A stretch of DNA of 64,000 bases, from contig JBNKOC010000011.1 of assembly GCA_050294405.1 (NCBI GenBank), forward strand, positions 32,001 through 96,000, read 5' to 3'. Positions 49,462 to 59,287 of this stretch are shown here, piece by piece (within the stretch, counting starts at the first letter, position 1; each line of letters starts with the position of its first letter). Source of the DNA: Fibrobacteria bacterium. GTDB lineage: Bacteria > Fibrobacterota > Fibrobacteria > UBA11236 > JADFYW01. A program made the translations under genes and the position numbers. The notes below the pieces were generated by a model. The model was not told the DNA's origin, searched no databases, and saw only the letters and a program-made list of their open reading frames with translations.

Positions 49462-50561
49462 TAGGCCACCTCTGCCATGGGTATTGTTTTAATGTTTGAT
49501 ATTCTTTGGGCTTCAAACTTCCTCAATATGTTAAGGAATTGAATATTTTGGGAAGGCAGCCCTACCGTAATCCTAAATGCGGGTGAATTTTGGTAAGGAG
49601 GCATTGGGCGGATTACAATCCCCTGTTTTGAAGAAAAGGAATCTAAACCAGCAAGTTTTTTACCCCAAATAAATATGAAGTTTGCCGAGCTGGGGTAGTG
49701 TTTTATGTTTAGCTCTTTAAAACATTCATAAAAAAATCTTTTTTCGGCGGTTGCCAACTTTATTCCCGATTGCATATGTTTTAAGTCCTTTAAACAAGCC
49801 AATGCCGCCATTTGGGCCATTGAATTGGAATTAAATGGAAAACGCGCCTTGTTAAGTACCGATATGATTTGTGGGTTTGCCAATCCGTAACCCACTCTAA
49901 GGCCTGCTAATCCATAAGCTTTAGAAAATGTTCTTAATACAATTAAATTGGAATATTGAGAAATGAGTTTATGGGATTGCGGAAAATCTGTTTCATTGCA
50001 GTATTCAAAATAGGCCTCGTCAAAGACTACAAGTATATTATTTGGAACCTGCTTTAAAAAACGCCCAATCTCAAGTTCGTTTAAATATAATCCCGTTGGA
50101 TTATTTGGATTGCAAATAAAAATAATTTTGGTTTTCGGATTTATTGCATTACATATGGCATCTAAATTAAAGTTTCCTTTTTTGAGGTTTACCGTTCTGA
50201 AAGTTCCATTAAAAAGTTGGGCGCAGAATTTGTACTGTGGAAACGTATAGTTCGCGGAAATTGCTTCGGAGTTTTTGTTAATAACAGCAGCGCTAATCCA
50301 TTGTAAGATTTCATCGCTGCCGTTTCCGATTGCTATGTTATCCGTTTTTAAGTTGTATTTACTGGCAAGTTCTGACTTTAGGTTTATACACTGGCTATCT
50401 GGATATTTATATATATCGCGGTAAATTGCGATTGCTTCCAGGGCTTGTGGGGATGGGCCAAATGGGTTTTCGTTAGAGGCAAGTGATATTGCGCCTTGTA
50501 TTTTTTCTCCCGGAATGTAACCGGGAATGTTTTGTATGTTTTCATTAATGCTTATATTCAT
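49461..50561 (-). CDS. HisC-family PLP aminotransferase (probable aromatic amino acid aminotransferase)
   Basis: LASNENP.GPSP, GNGSDE, CNPNNPTG, DEAY, RTFSKAYGLAGLRVG; no his genes nearby. Confidence 0.88.
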   Translation of the reverse strand: MNISINENIQNIPGYIPGEKIQGAISLASNENPFGPSPQALEAIAIYRDIYKYPDSQCINLKSELASKYNLKTDNIAIGNGSDEILQWISAAVINKNSEAISANYTFPQYKFCAQLFNGTFRTVNLKKGNFNLDAICNAINPKTKIIFICNPNNPTGLYLNELEIGRFLKQVPNNILVVFDEAYFEYCNETDFPQSHKLISQYSNLIVLRTFSKAYGLAGLRVGYGLANPQIISVLNKARFPFNSNSMAQMAALACLKDLKHMQSGIKLATAEKRFFYECFKELNIKHYPSSANFIFIWGKKLAGLDSFSSKQGIVIRPMPPYQNSPAFRITVGLPSQNIQFLNILRKFEAQRISNIKTIPMAEVA

Positions 50562-50762
50562 TTTTAACCATAGGGATAAAACATAGAATTAGTGACCTAG
50601 AATTCGATTTGGTATTAGTAGCCGTAATCCCAATGCGCAGCAGCCTCAATTTGCGGCCATCAGGTTACTATTTAAAGTTTGTTACAAGTTACTTGAAAAA
50701 ATATAATTAAGAAAAATAAAATTCCAATCTATTTTTAAATATTTTTTTAGATATAAACATAC

Positions 50763-51203
50763 TCAAGGTTGTTTTAATCTTTTTTCAATTTCAATTAATT
50801 TACTATACATGGTTTTAGTTTCTTGCTCGGAAAAATTCGCCAATAATTCGTTAATGGCGGAGTTATAAACTTTATTGATGTTGTTCATGACATTTTCCCC
50901 TTCAGGGGTCAGTTCGAATTCCCATTTTCTTTTATCGATTGAGTCTAAAGTTCGGGTGATTAACTTTTTTTCTTCCAAGGACTTTAGCTTTTTTGTTATG
51001 CTTGCGGGGGAGCCTTCAATTAACTCTAACAATTCCTTAATAGTATTTAGTCCAGCCTGAATTTTAATAAGCACAGCATATAAATTTGTAGTTAACCCAA
51101 ATTTTTGGAAAATATTTTTATCGCCGCTTCTTCGGAGCAAAGTAGTTATGGTAAATAATTGTTCCACAAAGAGAAAGTTAGGGTTTGGTGATTCAGGTTC
51201 CAT
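50763..51203 (-). CDS. MarR family transcriptional regulator
   Basis: SIT..LK.LEEK.LI.R..DKR...LT.EG. Confidence 0.9.
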   Translation of the reverse strand: MEPESPNPNFLFVEQLFTITTLLRRSGDKNIFQKFGLTTNLYAVLIKIQAGLNTIKELLELIEGSPASITKKLKSLEEKKLITRTLDSIDKRKWEFELTPEGENVMNNINKVYNSAINELLANFSEQETKTMYSKLIEIEKRLKQP

Positions 51204-51208
51204 TTATT

Positions 51209-51847
51209 TTATGAATACCTTATAGTTAATTCGTGTCCTACTGAGTTTTTTGCTTCTAATATGTTATGTATTCCAGTAGCTAAATCTAATCTGGAAATAT
51301 TCGAACTAAAATGACTTTTCAACTCATTGGCCAAAACGACTTTTTTTGATTGAGCCTTATCAAGTAGGCGCGGCGCTCTGATAATTACCCAGGGAATTCC
51401 GCTTTCCTTAATTAAGGCTTCTTGTCTGTTTAGCTCTTCAACTCTTTCCTTGCCAATAATTTTTGGAATTAACCATTTGCCTGGAAAGGTTAAATTAGGA
51501 AGGCTATCTCTGGCTCCAACAGCTGAAATAAAAATGGCTTTCTTCAGAGTGTTTAAGGACTTAGCCGCCTGAATAATATTTTTAGTTCCTTCACTCCGCA
51601 CACGGCCAACGGGTTGTCCTTTGCGTACGCCAAGTGCCGAAACGATAAAATCAGCTCCTTCAACTGTTTTTTCCACCTGAGACAGGTTTAAAACGTCACC
51701 CTCAACAACCTTTAAATTTGCAGAGGGAAAATTGGTAATGGCATCTTTGCTCCTGACTAAGGCACAGAGTTCGTAATTTTTTTCCAAGGCGTATTCCATA
51801 AACGCCAGCCCTGTTCCACCTGTTCCTCCAAATAATGCGATTTTCAT
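51209..51847 (-). CDS. NAD(P)H-binding protein (flavin reductase / BVR-B-like atypical SDR)
   Basis: KIALFGGTGGTG, ALVR, GDV, W.IIR, ISR.DLA. Confidence 0.88.
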   Translation of the reverse strand: MKIALFGGTGGTGLAFMEYALEKNYELCALVRSKDAITNFPSANLKVVEGDVLNLSQVEKTVEGADFIVSALGVRKGQPVGRVRSEGTKNIIQAAKSLNTLKKAIFISAVGARDSLPNLTFPGKWLIPKIIGKERVEELNRQEALIKESGIPWVIIRAPRLLDKAQSKKVVLANELKSHFSSNISRLDLATGIHNILEAKNSVGHELTIRYS

Positions 51848-51895
51848 AATAACCAACTTATTTAGTGCTTTCTAATAAGATAATCTCATTTAAAT

Positions 51896-51914
51896 TATTT
51901 AACAAGGTTAAATA
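51896..51914. promoter_or_regulatory. Putative MarR operator
   Basis: Perfect palindrome TATTTAAC-AAG-GTTAAATA upstream of the reductase-marR operon. Confidence 0.55.
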
Positions 51915-52008
51915 TTAATTTAGTTAATAAAAAATTAAAAAATTTGTATTACAGCCAAATATGGTGAAATATGCCAATTTAAGGCGATTTTGATAGCAGG
52001 CTCGGAGC

Positions 52009-53235
52009 TTAGTCTACTATTCCCAGACTATTGGTTCGCCTTACTTCGTTATTTTTATTTCTAAAGAGGTATTTAGGGGTGAGCCAATTAGAATTTTTTT
52101 TTTGATGGCCGGGTATGGTAAAAAGCCCCTGTTTTTTGCCTGTTTGGTGGATAGAAGTGGGTTTCCAGTTTTCAATTTTCTCAATATCTGCTAAAATGGC
52201 TTCTGCAATGAGACTGTCGTCTTTTGCGCTGGGGTGCCAATCACAGCCCATCATATCCAATCCATTCTGGGGAAACTCAGAGTAGTATACATCCCCAGGA
52301 AAGTTTTGCTGGCTCTCTTCCACCACTGTTTTTACGTAACCGGGGTTAGGTCCCACATGGGTGGCCACACATAAAATTTTAGCATTGGGGTAATTGCCTT
52401 TTACTCTGGCCACAAAGTTTTTGTAAGCCTCTGTATACACTGCCTCAGAGGGCATGGGCTCAGTACTAAAATCATTGGTTCCCAGGCAGATAACCACCAG
52501 GTCCGGAATGTTTTTCTCATAATCCCAGGGAGACTCGTAAGCCCCAAGGATGTTATCATAAGTGGCAGGATAGGGGTCCGCTGAAGTAGGGTTCGCATCC
52601 CCATAATTTCTAACCATACCCTTGCCAGACCAACCCAGTACAGTGTATTCTGCGTTTAGGGCTTCTCCCACTAAACTGGTAAAGGAAATATTTGTGTTGG
52701 TTTTGTGGCGCAAATCTTCGCTGCTGCATGTACGGGTATCGCTTTCGTTGCCATAGCCCACCGTATAGGAATCTCCAATAAATTCAATTCTCGGTTTGTT
52801 TTCGTTGGGCAGGGGCAGCAATATATCTGATTCACCCACTACAAAGCCTAAAAATTCCACCTTGGTGAAATGGTCTTCGCTGCGTCGGCTCAGCTTTATA
52901 ATATGGTCCCTATCCGTAGGAAGGTCTGTGGCAATGTTATATTCGGTTACTGAGTTTTCTGTTATTATTACAGAATGGTGTTCGCCGTCAATCCATACAT
53001 CGTAATCGGCTTGGCCATCTTTTAATTGGATGCCAATGCTGGTGCCTGTAAATTTTGCGCTAATAGCCGAGCCGGACCAATTAAACATAGGGGCTTCAGG
53101 GTTTGTAAAATCAAAGCGACCGTGGTATTTAATATTGGGGTTACTGGGGGAAATAATCGCGGACATGATATTTTTAGTAAATAAAAATAAACTGGCAAAC
53201 AATACCAGAGCAAAGATTATGGGGTATATTTTCAT
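52009..53235 (-). CDS. Secreted SGNH/GDSL carbohydrate esterase, CE2-like
   Basis: Y.GRF, WSG, IEFIGDSYTVGYG, LGTND, DWHP. Confidence 0.88.
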   Translation of the reverse strand: MKIYPIIFALVLFASLFLFTKNIMSAIISPSNPNIKYHGRFDFTNPEAPMFNWSGSAISAKFTGTSIGIQLKDGQADYDVWIDGEHHSVIITENSVTEYNIATDLPTDRDHIIKLSRRSEDHFTKVEFLGFVVGESDILLPLPNENKPRIEFIGDSYTVGYGNESDTRTCSSEDLRHKTNTNISFTSLVGEALNAEYTVLGWSGKGMVRNYGDANPTSADPYPATYDNILGAYESPWDYEKNIPDLVVICLGTNDFSTEPMPSEAVYTEAYKNFVARVKGNYPNAKILCVATHVGPNPGYVKTVVEESQQNFPGDVYYSEFPQNGLDMMGCDWHPSAKDDSLIAEAILADIEKIENWKPTSIHQTGKKQGLFTIPGHQKKNSNWLTPKYLFRNKNNEVRRTNSLGIVD

Positions 53236-53346
53236 GACAAAGTCTTTTTGATTCTATTATTTTGTGTTTAAAATTAAAACAGAAGTTTTTGTTAATTTAT
53301 CAGAATTTCCATTATCATAAGAAACAGCTGTGTTAGGTAAAGGGTT

Positions 53347-53706
53347 CTAGCCCTCAGCATCCTTCCATTTAATCCAGGCCTTAATAATTTTTTGAATATC
53401 CTTTTTGGCTTTTTTACACTCTTCCAGACTAGCCAGTTTCAAGCTTCTACCAGCTTTAGCATCGCCCTCCAGCAAGGGATGACTTCCGGGAATTTCTGCT
53501 CCATTGTGGAACATGAGGCTGGCGTGTTTTTTTGCTTTAGGAAAAAAGCTGGCAATATTTCCCTTGTAAACAAAAGTAGGTGCCTGCCATTTAATACATT
53601 CTTCAATTTTTTTATCGCAGGATAAAATAATGTTGCGAATTTCCTGAACCACAGGCTTCATGGGGTTGTCGTAGCTTTTAAACCAATCATCTACTTCCTT
53701 AGCCAT
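53347..53706 (-). CDS. DUF1801 domain protein
   Basis: IEECIKWQAPTF, LMFH.GA..LLEG; GGAGGAG RBS before ATG 53706. Confidence 0.85.
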   Translation of the reverse strand: MAKEVDDWFKSYDNPMKPVVQEIRNIILSCDKKIEECIKWQAPTFVYKGNIASFFPKAKKHASLMFHNGAEIPGSHPLLEGDAKAGRSLKLASLEECKKAKKDIQKIIKAWIKWKDAEG

Positions 53707-53838
53707 TTTTCTCCTCCTTTCTTTGTCTGCCACTTGCAAAAGCAAATATAGTTATGAAAAAAATAGGGGAGGGCTAATAAAATTCACATTAACAGGATTT
53801 GAGAGGAGCCCCAATCAGGGGCTCGAAAAATAATGCCA

Positions 53839-56043
53839 TTACCGTACAAAAAAGGATTGGGTGAATTGGCCGGCCTGGGTGCTGACTTTTAGATAATACC
53901 TTCCCTTGGAAATTAGGCTGCCATTTTCCAGTACACCATCCCAGCTTAAGGATTGTAAATTTGGAATTAGGTTATCTGATTTAAAAATCAATTTTCCATT
54001 CACATCGTAAACGGACCAATTAAAAACCGCTACAGCATGGCTAAAATTAAAATTCAATTTTCCATTAACCCAATTAGCTGAAAAACCAATTTTGTTTCTT
54101 TGCTGCTGCGGGTCTTCTAAATCGGAATAATTTATAAACCTATCTTCCAAATTATTATCTGGAGTCACTTGCTCGGGCTTTGCAGCCAAAAAAGCGGTAT
54201 ATTCGCTTAACACCTGAAATTCTTTGGATATATTCACAATTTCTTCTTTGTTAGTATTTGATGTTCCCTCTTCCATTTCCAAAAGAGTGATTTTTTCTTT
54301 GGCCCAAATTTTAGCCACCGCCTTGTTCCAATTGGGGGAGTCTGCCAATTTAATGGTTTTACTCAAACTTTTTTCCTCTCCGATGTTAAGGCCCGTTAAC
54401 CCAACTACGACCTGGCCTCCCTTAGAATACTGGCCGTAAACCGATAGGGGAGAGCCCTTAAATAGGCTATTTCCTCTGGGAAAGATAAGCTCAGATTCAG
54501 AAGAAGGATCAAAGCTCAATTCAATATTTTTTAATTGTGGCGATTCAAACTTGGACCAGGCCAAATCCACAGATGGTAAGGCGGGATCTCCGGCAGTTAA
54601 TTCAAAGGAGGCTCCTCCCGCCATTTGAGCGGATTGGTCCAACAAATACCGGTTTAAATTGTTTCCGGCTCCGAAGGTAAATATGGTGGGTTGGCTGGCG
54701 TGGTTTTTGATAGTTTCCAGTACGGCTTCCACATTGCCAATAAACCCGTCTGTGGTAAACACAAAAAGCCGCTGGTGATTCCCATCATAAGGGATTTCCA
54801 GAATTTTTTGAACAGCCGCCAATAACTCTGTTCCCCCCAGCGGAGTTAAACCATTTAAAAAACTTTGGGCTTTTCCAATGTTACTGGCTGTGGCATCCAC
54901 TATAGTGTAAGGTTCAAAAGCCCAATACATATTGTTCTCGAAACTGGCCACGGCCATTTTGTCCGTGGGTAGTAGTCTGCCTACCATTTCAGAGACCACC
55001 TCTACGCTTTTTTCCAAAGGCCACCCGGACTGAGAACCAGATACATCCACCAAGAATATAATTTCCAAATCAGGGCGTCCTTCCTCTACAAATAACATAT
55101 CGGGAAAAAGGTTTAAGGCGAAAAATCCTTTGTTTTTGTCTGCGTCATAATAACTGGAAAGGCTAAAATCCCGGCTGGATTGAGCTCTGGAAAAACGCAA
55201 AACAAAATCTCGATTGGGATATGTATCTACTTCCTCTAATACAATTCCAAAATTATTCTCCATGCTTTCTGCCTCTTCGGGTTTTATCATTTGTATGCCT
55301 TCAAAGTAACTTCGCCTGGATTGCAATTCTGAAACTGAAATTGGATGCAGGGGAGACTCAATGTTTTCAATTGGATAGCCTGTTTGCAAAACCACATTGA
55401 TTTTCAAGGATGGTCCTTCCCGGTTTTCCGGCGGATTCCAGGGGTCAGAACCAGTAATGGTACCTGTTGCGATTTGGGCGTCATATCGGGCTCCAATCAT
55501 TGTGGGTATGGCCAGTTCGTAGGTTCCAGATTCGTATTTTAATGGCATGCTTATCATAATTTCAACCAGGGCAGTATCCCCCTTTGGGATGTTGGCCAGG
55601 CGCTGTTGAAATATATTGGGCTGATGCTGTATTAACATACTGGCTATGCCTCCATTGGCTAGAACCGAATCGTAAATTTGTTTGGCTTCTTCCTTTTCAA
55701 ATATTTCAGCTTTATATAAAAGACCTTTATGTTGCATGGCCATGGCGTGCACACTTCCCTTGTGTGGCAGAGGAAAGATATAAACCAAATCTTTTAACCC
55801 TTCTAATGGATTTATAAAACGCTGGATAAGTTGGATTTGAGCGATTCCATCTGTTATCACAACATTATAGTTGGAAACCTGCGGGGCCAGAGTCACATTG
55901 CTTTTTAAAATGCTGTCATAGGCTATGCAGGATGGGCCTTCAATTACGGAAGGATCCACATAAATAGTTTGTGTATTGCCTAAACTCGGAAACAAAAGGC
56001 CAATGGCCAGGCAAATTATAAATTTTGCAAAATTCGGAAACAT
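53839..56043 (-). CDS. Secreted VIT + vWA domain protein with FlgD-Ig-like C-terminal domain
   Basis: YIFPLP..V (VIT), DVSGS..GGTE..TDG (MIDAS), LS.YTAF, WDG..GRYY tail. Confidence 0.88.
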   Translation of the reverse strand: MFPNFAKFIICLAIGLLFPSLGNTQTIYVDPSVIEGPSCIAYDSILKSNVTLAPQVSNYNVVITDGIAQIQLIQRFINPLEGLKDLVYIFPLPHKGSVHAMAMQHKGLLYKAEIFEKEEAKQIYDSVLANGGIASMLIQHQPNIFQQRLANIPKGDTALVEIMISMPLKYESGTYELAIPTMIGARYDAQIATGTITGSDPWNPPENREGPSLKINVVLQTGYPIENIESPLHPISVSELQSRRSYFEGIQMIKPEEAESMENNFGIVLEEVDTYPNRDFVLRFSRAQSSRDFSLSSYYDADKNKGFFALNLFPDMLFVEEGRPDLEIIFLVDVSGSQSGWPLEKSVEVVSEMVGRLLPTDKMAVASFENNMYWAFEPYTIVDATASNIGKAQSFLNGLTPLGGTELLAAVQKILEIPYDGNHQRLFVFTTDGFIGNVEAVLETIKNHASQPTIFTFGAGNNLNRYLLDQSAQMAGGASFELTAGDPALPSVDLAWSKFESPQLKNIELSFDPSSESELIFPRGNSLFKGSPLSVYGQYSKGGQVVVGLTGLNIGEEKSLSKTIKLADSPNWNKAVAKIWAKEKITLLEMEEGTSNTNKEEIVNISKEFQVLSEYTAFLAAKPEQVTPDNNLEDRFINYSDLEDPQQQRNKIGFSANWVNGKLNFNFSHAVAVFNWSVYDVNGKLIFKSDNLIPNLQSLSWDGVLENGSLISKGRYYLKVSTQAGQFTQSFFVR

Positions 56044-56347
56044 AACGCAGCTCCTGGTTAACGTTAATTGAATTAAAAGCAAAATTTCGCCGCTCTGAAA
56101 TATGGTTATATTTCAAACAGGCTAATTTTCGCTAATATTTTCCGGGACGAGTATCCCTCCCCTTTAGAACCCATCTAAAAAAACTGATTTAAACTTTTTT
56201 TGAAAAATCGTTTTTAAAATAGACGAGCCCTGATTAATTCCCCAAATTGAGAAACTAATGCACCTAATATTTATATTACGCAAAAAAAATATTTTCGAAA
56301 GTGAAAATTCATTTATTTTAAGAGAAATTATTTTTTAGGAGATTTTT

Positions 56348-57322
56348 GTGAAAAAAAATACACTTGCCTTTTTTAGCTTATGTATTTGTATATTATTTTC
56401 TGCTTGTTCCACTAGTGTTAACCTTCGCATAAAGAGGGCTCCCGAAATTAACTTAATCGGGGTTAAAACTCTCAAACTGGAAGAGTTTAAATTTTCCGGT
56501 GACTTGAATTTGGATGTGGTAGATAACCCCGGGGGCCTTGTTGGGGTTATTTTAGATGTAGGTGTGGGAGTCGGCGCTTACAAAATGGCGGAGAAGAAAC
56601 ATTCGGCCCTTCAATTCCATCACATCGAAGGTTTGAAAAATGCTTTCTACAACAATGGTTTTTACAATGTTACCGATGGAATAAACCACGATGCCACCAT
56701 AAGTGGAACAATTTACTATGAAATTGAAGATAAGGCAGAACAAAAAGAAAGTAAAGATAAAGAGGGGAATGTAAGCACATGGTTTGAAATTGCGCGCAGG
56801 GCCACTGTGACCGTTAATTTTTCGATACACGATAAAAAAGGAAACCTGTTGGGAACCAGTATGTTAAAGACCTGGCAAAGGGATGTTTCCAAAGGAGATA
56901 CCAAAGACCAGGCGCGGGATAAAATTACCCCTTTTGAAAAATTGCTGCGCTCTACTTTAGATAAATCCAATCCCGTATTGGTAACCAAAATTGCTCCCCA
57001 TTTTGTATATGAACGAAGAGTCTTTGCGAAGGGAAAGCACAAGTCCATAAAAATCGGGAACAAAATTGCCAAGCAGGGAGATTGGTCCGGGGCTGCCGAT
57101 AGCTGGAGTCAGGCTTTAAATGCCTCCGATAAAAAAGACCGGGCAGCCGCTCTATTTAACCTGGCCATTTACGATGAGGTGGAAGGCAAATTGCAAGAGG
57201 CCTTGAAAAAATACGAAGAGGCATCCTCTCTAATGGAAGGAAAATATGCCAGAGATGTATCCAGGACCCGGGCCAGAATTGCCGAAGCGGAACGTTTGCG
57301 GGAAGCAGAAGAGGCCCAGTAA
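56348..57322 (+). CDS. Lipoprotein with C-terminal TPR
   Basis: Lipobox FSAC; GDW..A..W, FNLA...E.EG.L..A. Confidence 0.75.
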   Translation: MKKNTLAFFSLCICILFSACSTSVNLRIKRAPEINLIGVKTLKLEEFKFSGDLNLDVVDNPGGLVGVILDVGVGVGAYKMAEKKHSALQFHHIEGLKNAFYNNGFYNVTDGINHDATISGTIYYEIEDKAEQKESKDKEGNVSTWFEIARRATVTVNFSIHDKKGNLLGTSMLKTWQRDVSKGDTKDQARDKITPFEKLLRSTLDKSNPVLVTKIAPHFVYERRVFAKGKHKSIKIGNKIAKQGDWSGAADSWSQALNASDKKDRAAALFNLAIYDEVEGKLQEALKKYEEASSLMEGKYARDVSRTRARIAEAERLREAEEAQ

Positions 57323-57345
57323 GGGCCTCTGTATGAAATTTTGAT

Positions 57346-58122
57346 TTAGCCAGGAATACGGCTGAACTTTTCCTGGCTGGCTACATCGTATAAAAGTAAA
57401 GACAGGGCCACGCTTGTGTTAAAGCTATGGGCCTTTGGATGTATAGGAAGTTTCACCAGGCTGTCACAGGTGCGGCGGATATAATTGGGAATTCCCTTAT
57501 CCTCGCCACCGGCGATAAAAATACTTGGTTTTGATAAATCCAGTTCGCTGGTGTTTGTCTTCCCCCTGGCATCCAGGCCAATAACCTGAAAGCCCTCTTC
57601 TTTTAATAACATCAGTTCTTTTTGCACCTGGCCGATGCAGCAAATGGGAATGTGGTTAAAGCTTCCGGCGCTGGCTTTGGCTGCCGCAGCCGTTAAACCC
57701 GAGGTGCCTTTGTTGGGGAATAAAATAAAATCGCAACCCATGCCCACTGTGGATCTTATGCAGGCTCCAAAATTTCTGGGATCTTCAATATGGCTTAGTA
57801 AAACTCCAAATACGGGCTTACCATCGGATCTCCAGTTTTTTAACTTGGGTTTAAATTCTTTCCAGTCCTCTAAAACTCTTTCGTGCAGGACTGCAATGGC
57901 TCCCTGATGTTGTCCCTTGTAATAGCGCAAGAGCTGAGCTTGCGGGAGCTGGTTTACCCTTATGTTATGTTGTTCGGCCTTTTTTTGCAATTCATACAAA
58001 GCCGGTTTGCCTGAACTTTGCAGTAACAACAAACGGTTTACTTTTTGGGGAGAAGTTTTTAAAAGTTCTTCAACCGGGTGAATTCCAACCACCAGGCTGT
58101 CTACATCGGGAGTTGGCTTCAC
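57346..58122 (-). CDS. rlmB: TrmH/SpoU family RNA methyltransferase (RlmB-like)
   Basis: G.HPV.E, HQG, DPRNFGA..RS, GGEDKG, SFNTSVA. Confidence 0.82.
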   Translation of the reverse strand: MKPTPDVDSLVVGIHPVEELLKTSPQKVNRLLLLQSSGKPALYELQKKAEQHNIRVNQLPQAQLLRYYKGQHQGAIAVLHERVLEDWKEFKPKLKNWRSDGKPVFGVLLSHIEDPRNFGACIRSTVGMGCDFILFPNKGTSGLTAAAAKASAGSFNHIPICCIGQVQKELMLLKEEGFQVIGLDARGKTNTSELDLSKPSIFIAGGEDKGIPNYIRRTCDSLVKLPIHPKAHSFNTSVALSLLLYDVASQEKFSRIPG

Positions 58123-58123
58123 A

Positions 58124-59287
58124 CTAAACCGTTTCTCTTTGCTTCATGTATTCATTTACATTAGCAATAAATTCTTTAAAGAGATTTTCGGCATCTCGGG
58201 GGCCGGGGCTGGCTTCGGGATGGTACTGGACGGAAAAGGCCGGGTATTTTTTGTGTTTGATACCGGCAACGGTGTTGTCATTTAAATTGATGTGCGTAAT
58301 TTCCACATCTTTGCCCTCAAGGCTTTCAGCGCTTACCGCAAAGCCGTGGTTTTGCGAGGTAATAGCCACAGTTCCCGTAGGCAAATGTTTAATGGGGTGG
58401 TTGGCTCCTCGGTGTCCGAATTTTAACTTATAGGTTTTTCCCCCCAAGGCCAGACTTAACAACTGGTGGCCCAGGCAAATCCCAAAAATAGGGTAGAGGG
58501 GCAGAAGCTCCTGAATGGTTTCAATGGCCTGGGTACAGGGTTCTGGATCGCCAGGTCCGTTGGATAACATCACCCCATCGGGGTTAAAGGCTTTGATTTC
58601 CTCCGCGCTGGCACTGGCAGGAAATACATGGCAGTGCGCTCCCAGGGATGTTAGTTTTCTCAATATGTTGTTTTTAGCTCCAAAGTCCATTACGGCAATG
58701 CGCGCGCCCTCGGTTAGGGGGTTAAGGGGAGTAAAAGCAATATCCGATTCGCTTTCACTGTAATCAAACTGGGCGTCGGTGGTGACCTTAAAGGCAAGAT
58801 TTTGCCCGTTCATGTTGGGCACCTTGGAAACTTCTGCCAGAATTTTTTCTTTATCGTAGTCGCCGCTTATCAAAATTCCAGGCTGGGAGCCCTTATCCCT
58901 TAAAACCCGAACCAATTTACGGGTGTCAATCCCTTCGATTCCGGGAATTTTTTCCCGCTTTAAATAGTCGGAAATAGTCATAGGTTTGGAATCAGCCATT
59001 ATTCCATTGCGGTAGTTGGAGGGGGTTTTACAGGCGTTTTTCACAATAAAGCCGGTGGCGTGGATTTTTTTAGATTCCACATCTTCGGGGTTCACACCGT
59101 AATTGCCAATTTCGGGATAGGTCATGCACACCATTTGGCCGGAGTAGGAGGGATCGGTCAAAATTTCCTGGTAGCCGGTCATAGAGGTGTTAAAACAAAC
59201 CTCGCCCTCAGCCCGACCAATATAACCAAAAGCCTTTCCTTCAAAATAAGTTCCGTCTGCCAATGCCAATAATGCTTTTTCACCCAT
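58124..59287 (-). CDS. carA: Carbamoyl-phosphate synthase small subunit
   Basis: FNTSMTGYQEILTDPSY, SNGPGDP, GICLGHQ, QYHPEASPGP. Confidence 0.98.
   Translation of the reverse strand: MGEKALLALADGTYFEGKAFGYIGRAEGEVCFNTSMTGYQEILTDPSYSGQMVCMTYPEIGNYGVNPEDVESKKIHATGFIVKNACKTPSNYRNGIMADSKPMTISDYLKREKIPGIEGIDTRKLVRVLRDKGSQPGILISGDYDKEKILAEVSKVPNMNGQNLAFKVTTDAQFDYSESESDIAFTPLNPLTEGARIAVMDFGAKNNILRKLTSLGAHCHVFPASASAEEIKAFNPDGVMLSNGPGDPEPCTQAIETIQELLPLYPIFGICLGHQLLSLALGGKTYKLKFGHRGANHPIKHLPTGTVAITSQNHGFAVSAESLEGKDVEITHINLNDNTVAGIKHKKYPAFSVQYHPEASPGPRDAENLFKEFIANVNEYMKQRETV

Noticed and set aside
49461..50561. Housekeeping hisC
   Set aside because: No his genes nearby and it is coupled to iorB, so the gene symbol was withheld
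53806..53824. Hairpin GAGCCCC-N5-GGGGCTC as intrinsic terminator
   Set aside because: No U tract follows it on the transcribed minus strand; function unsupported
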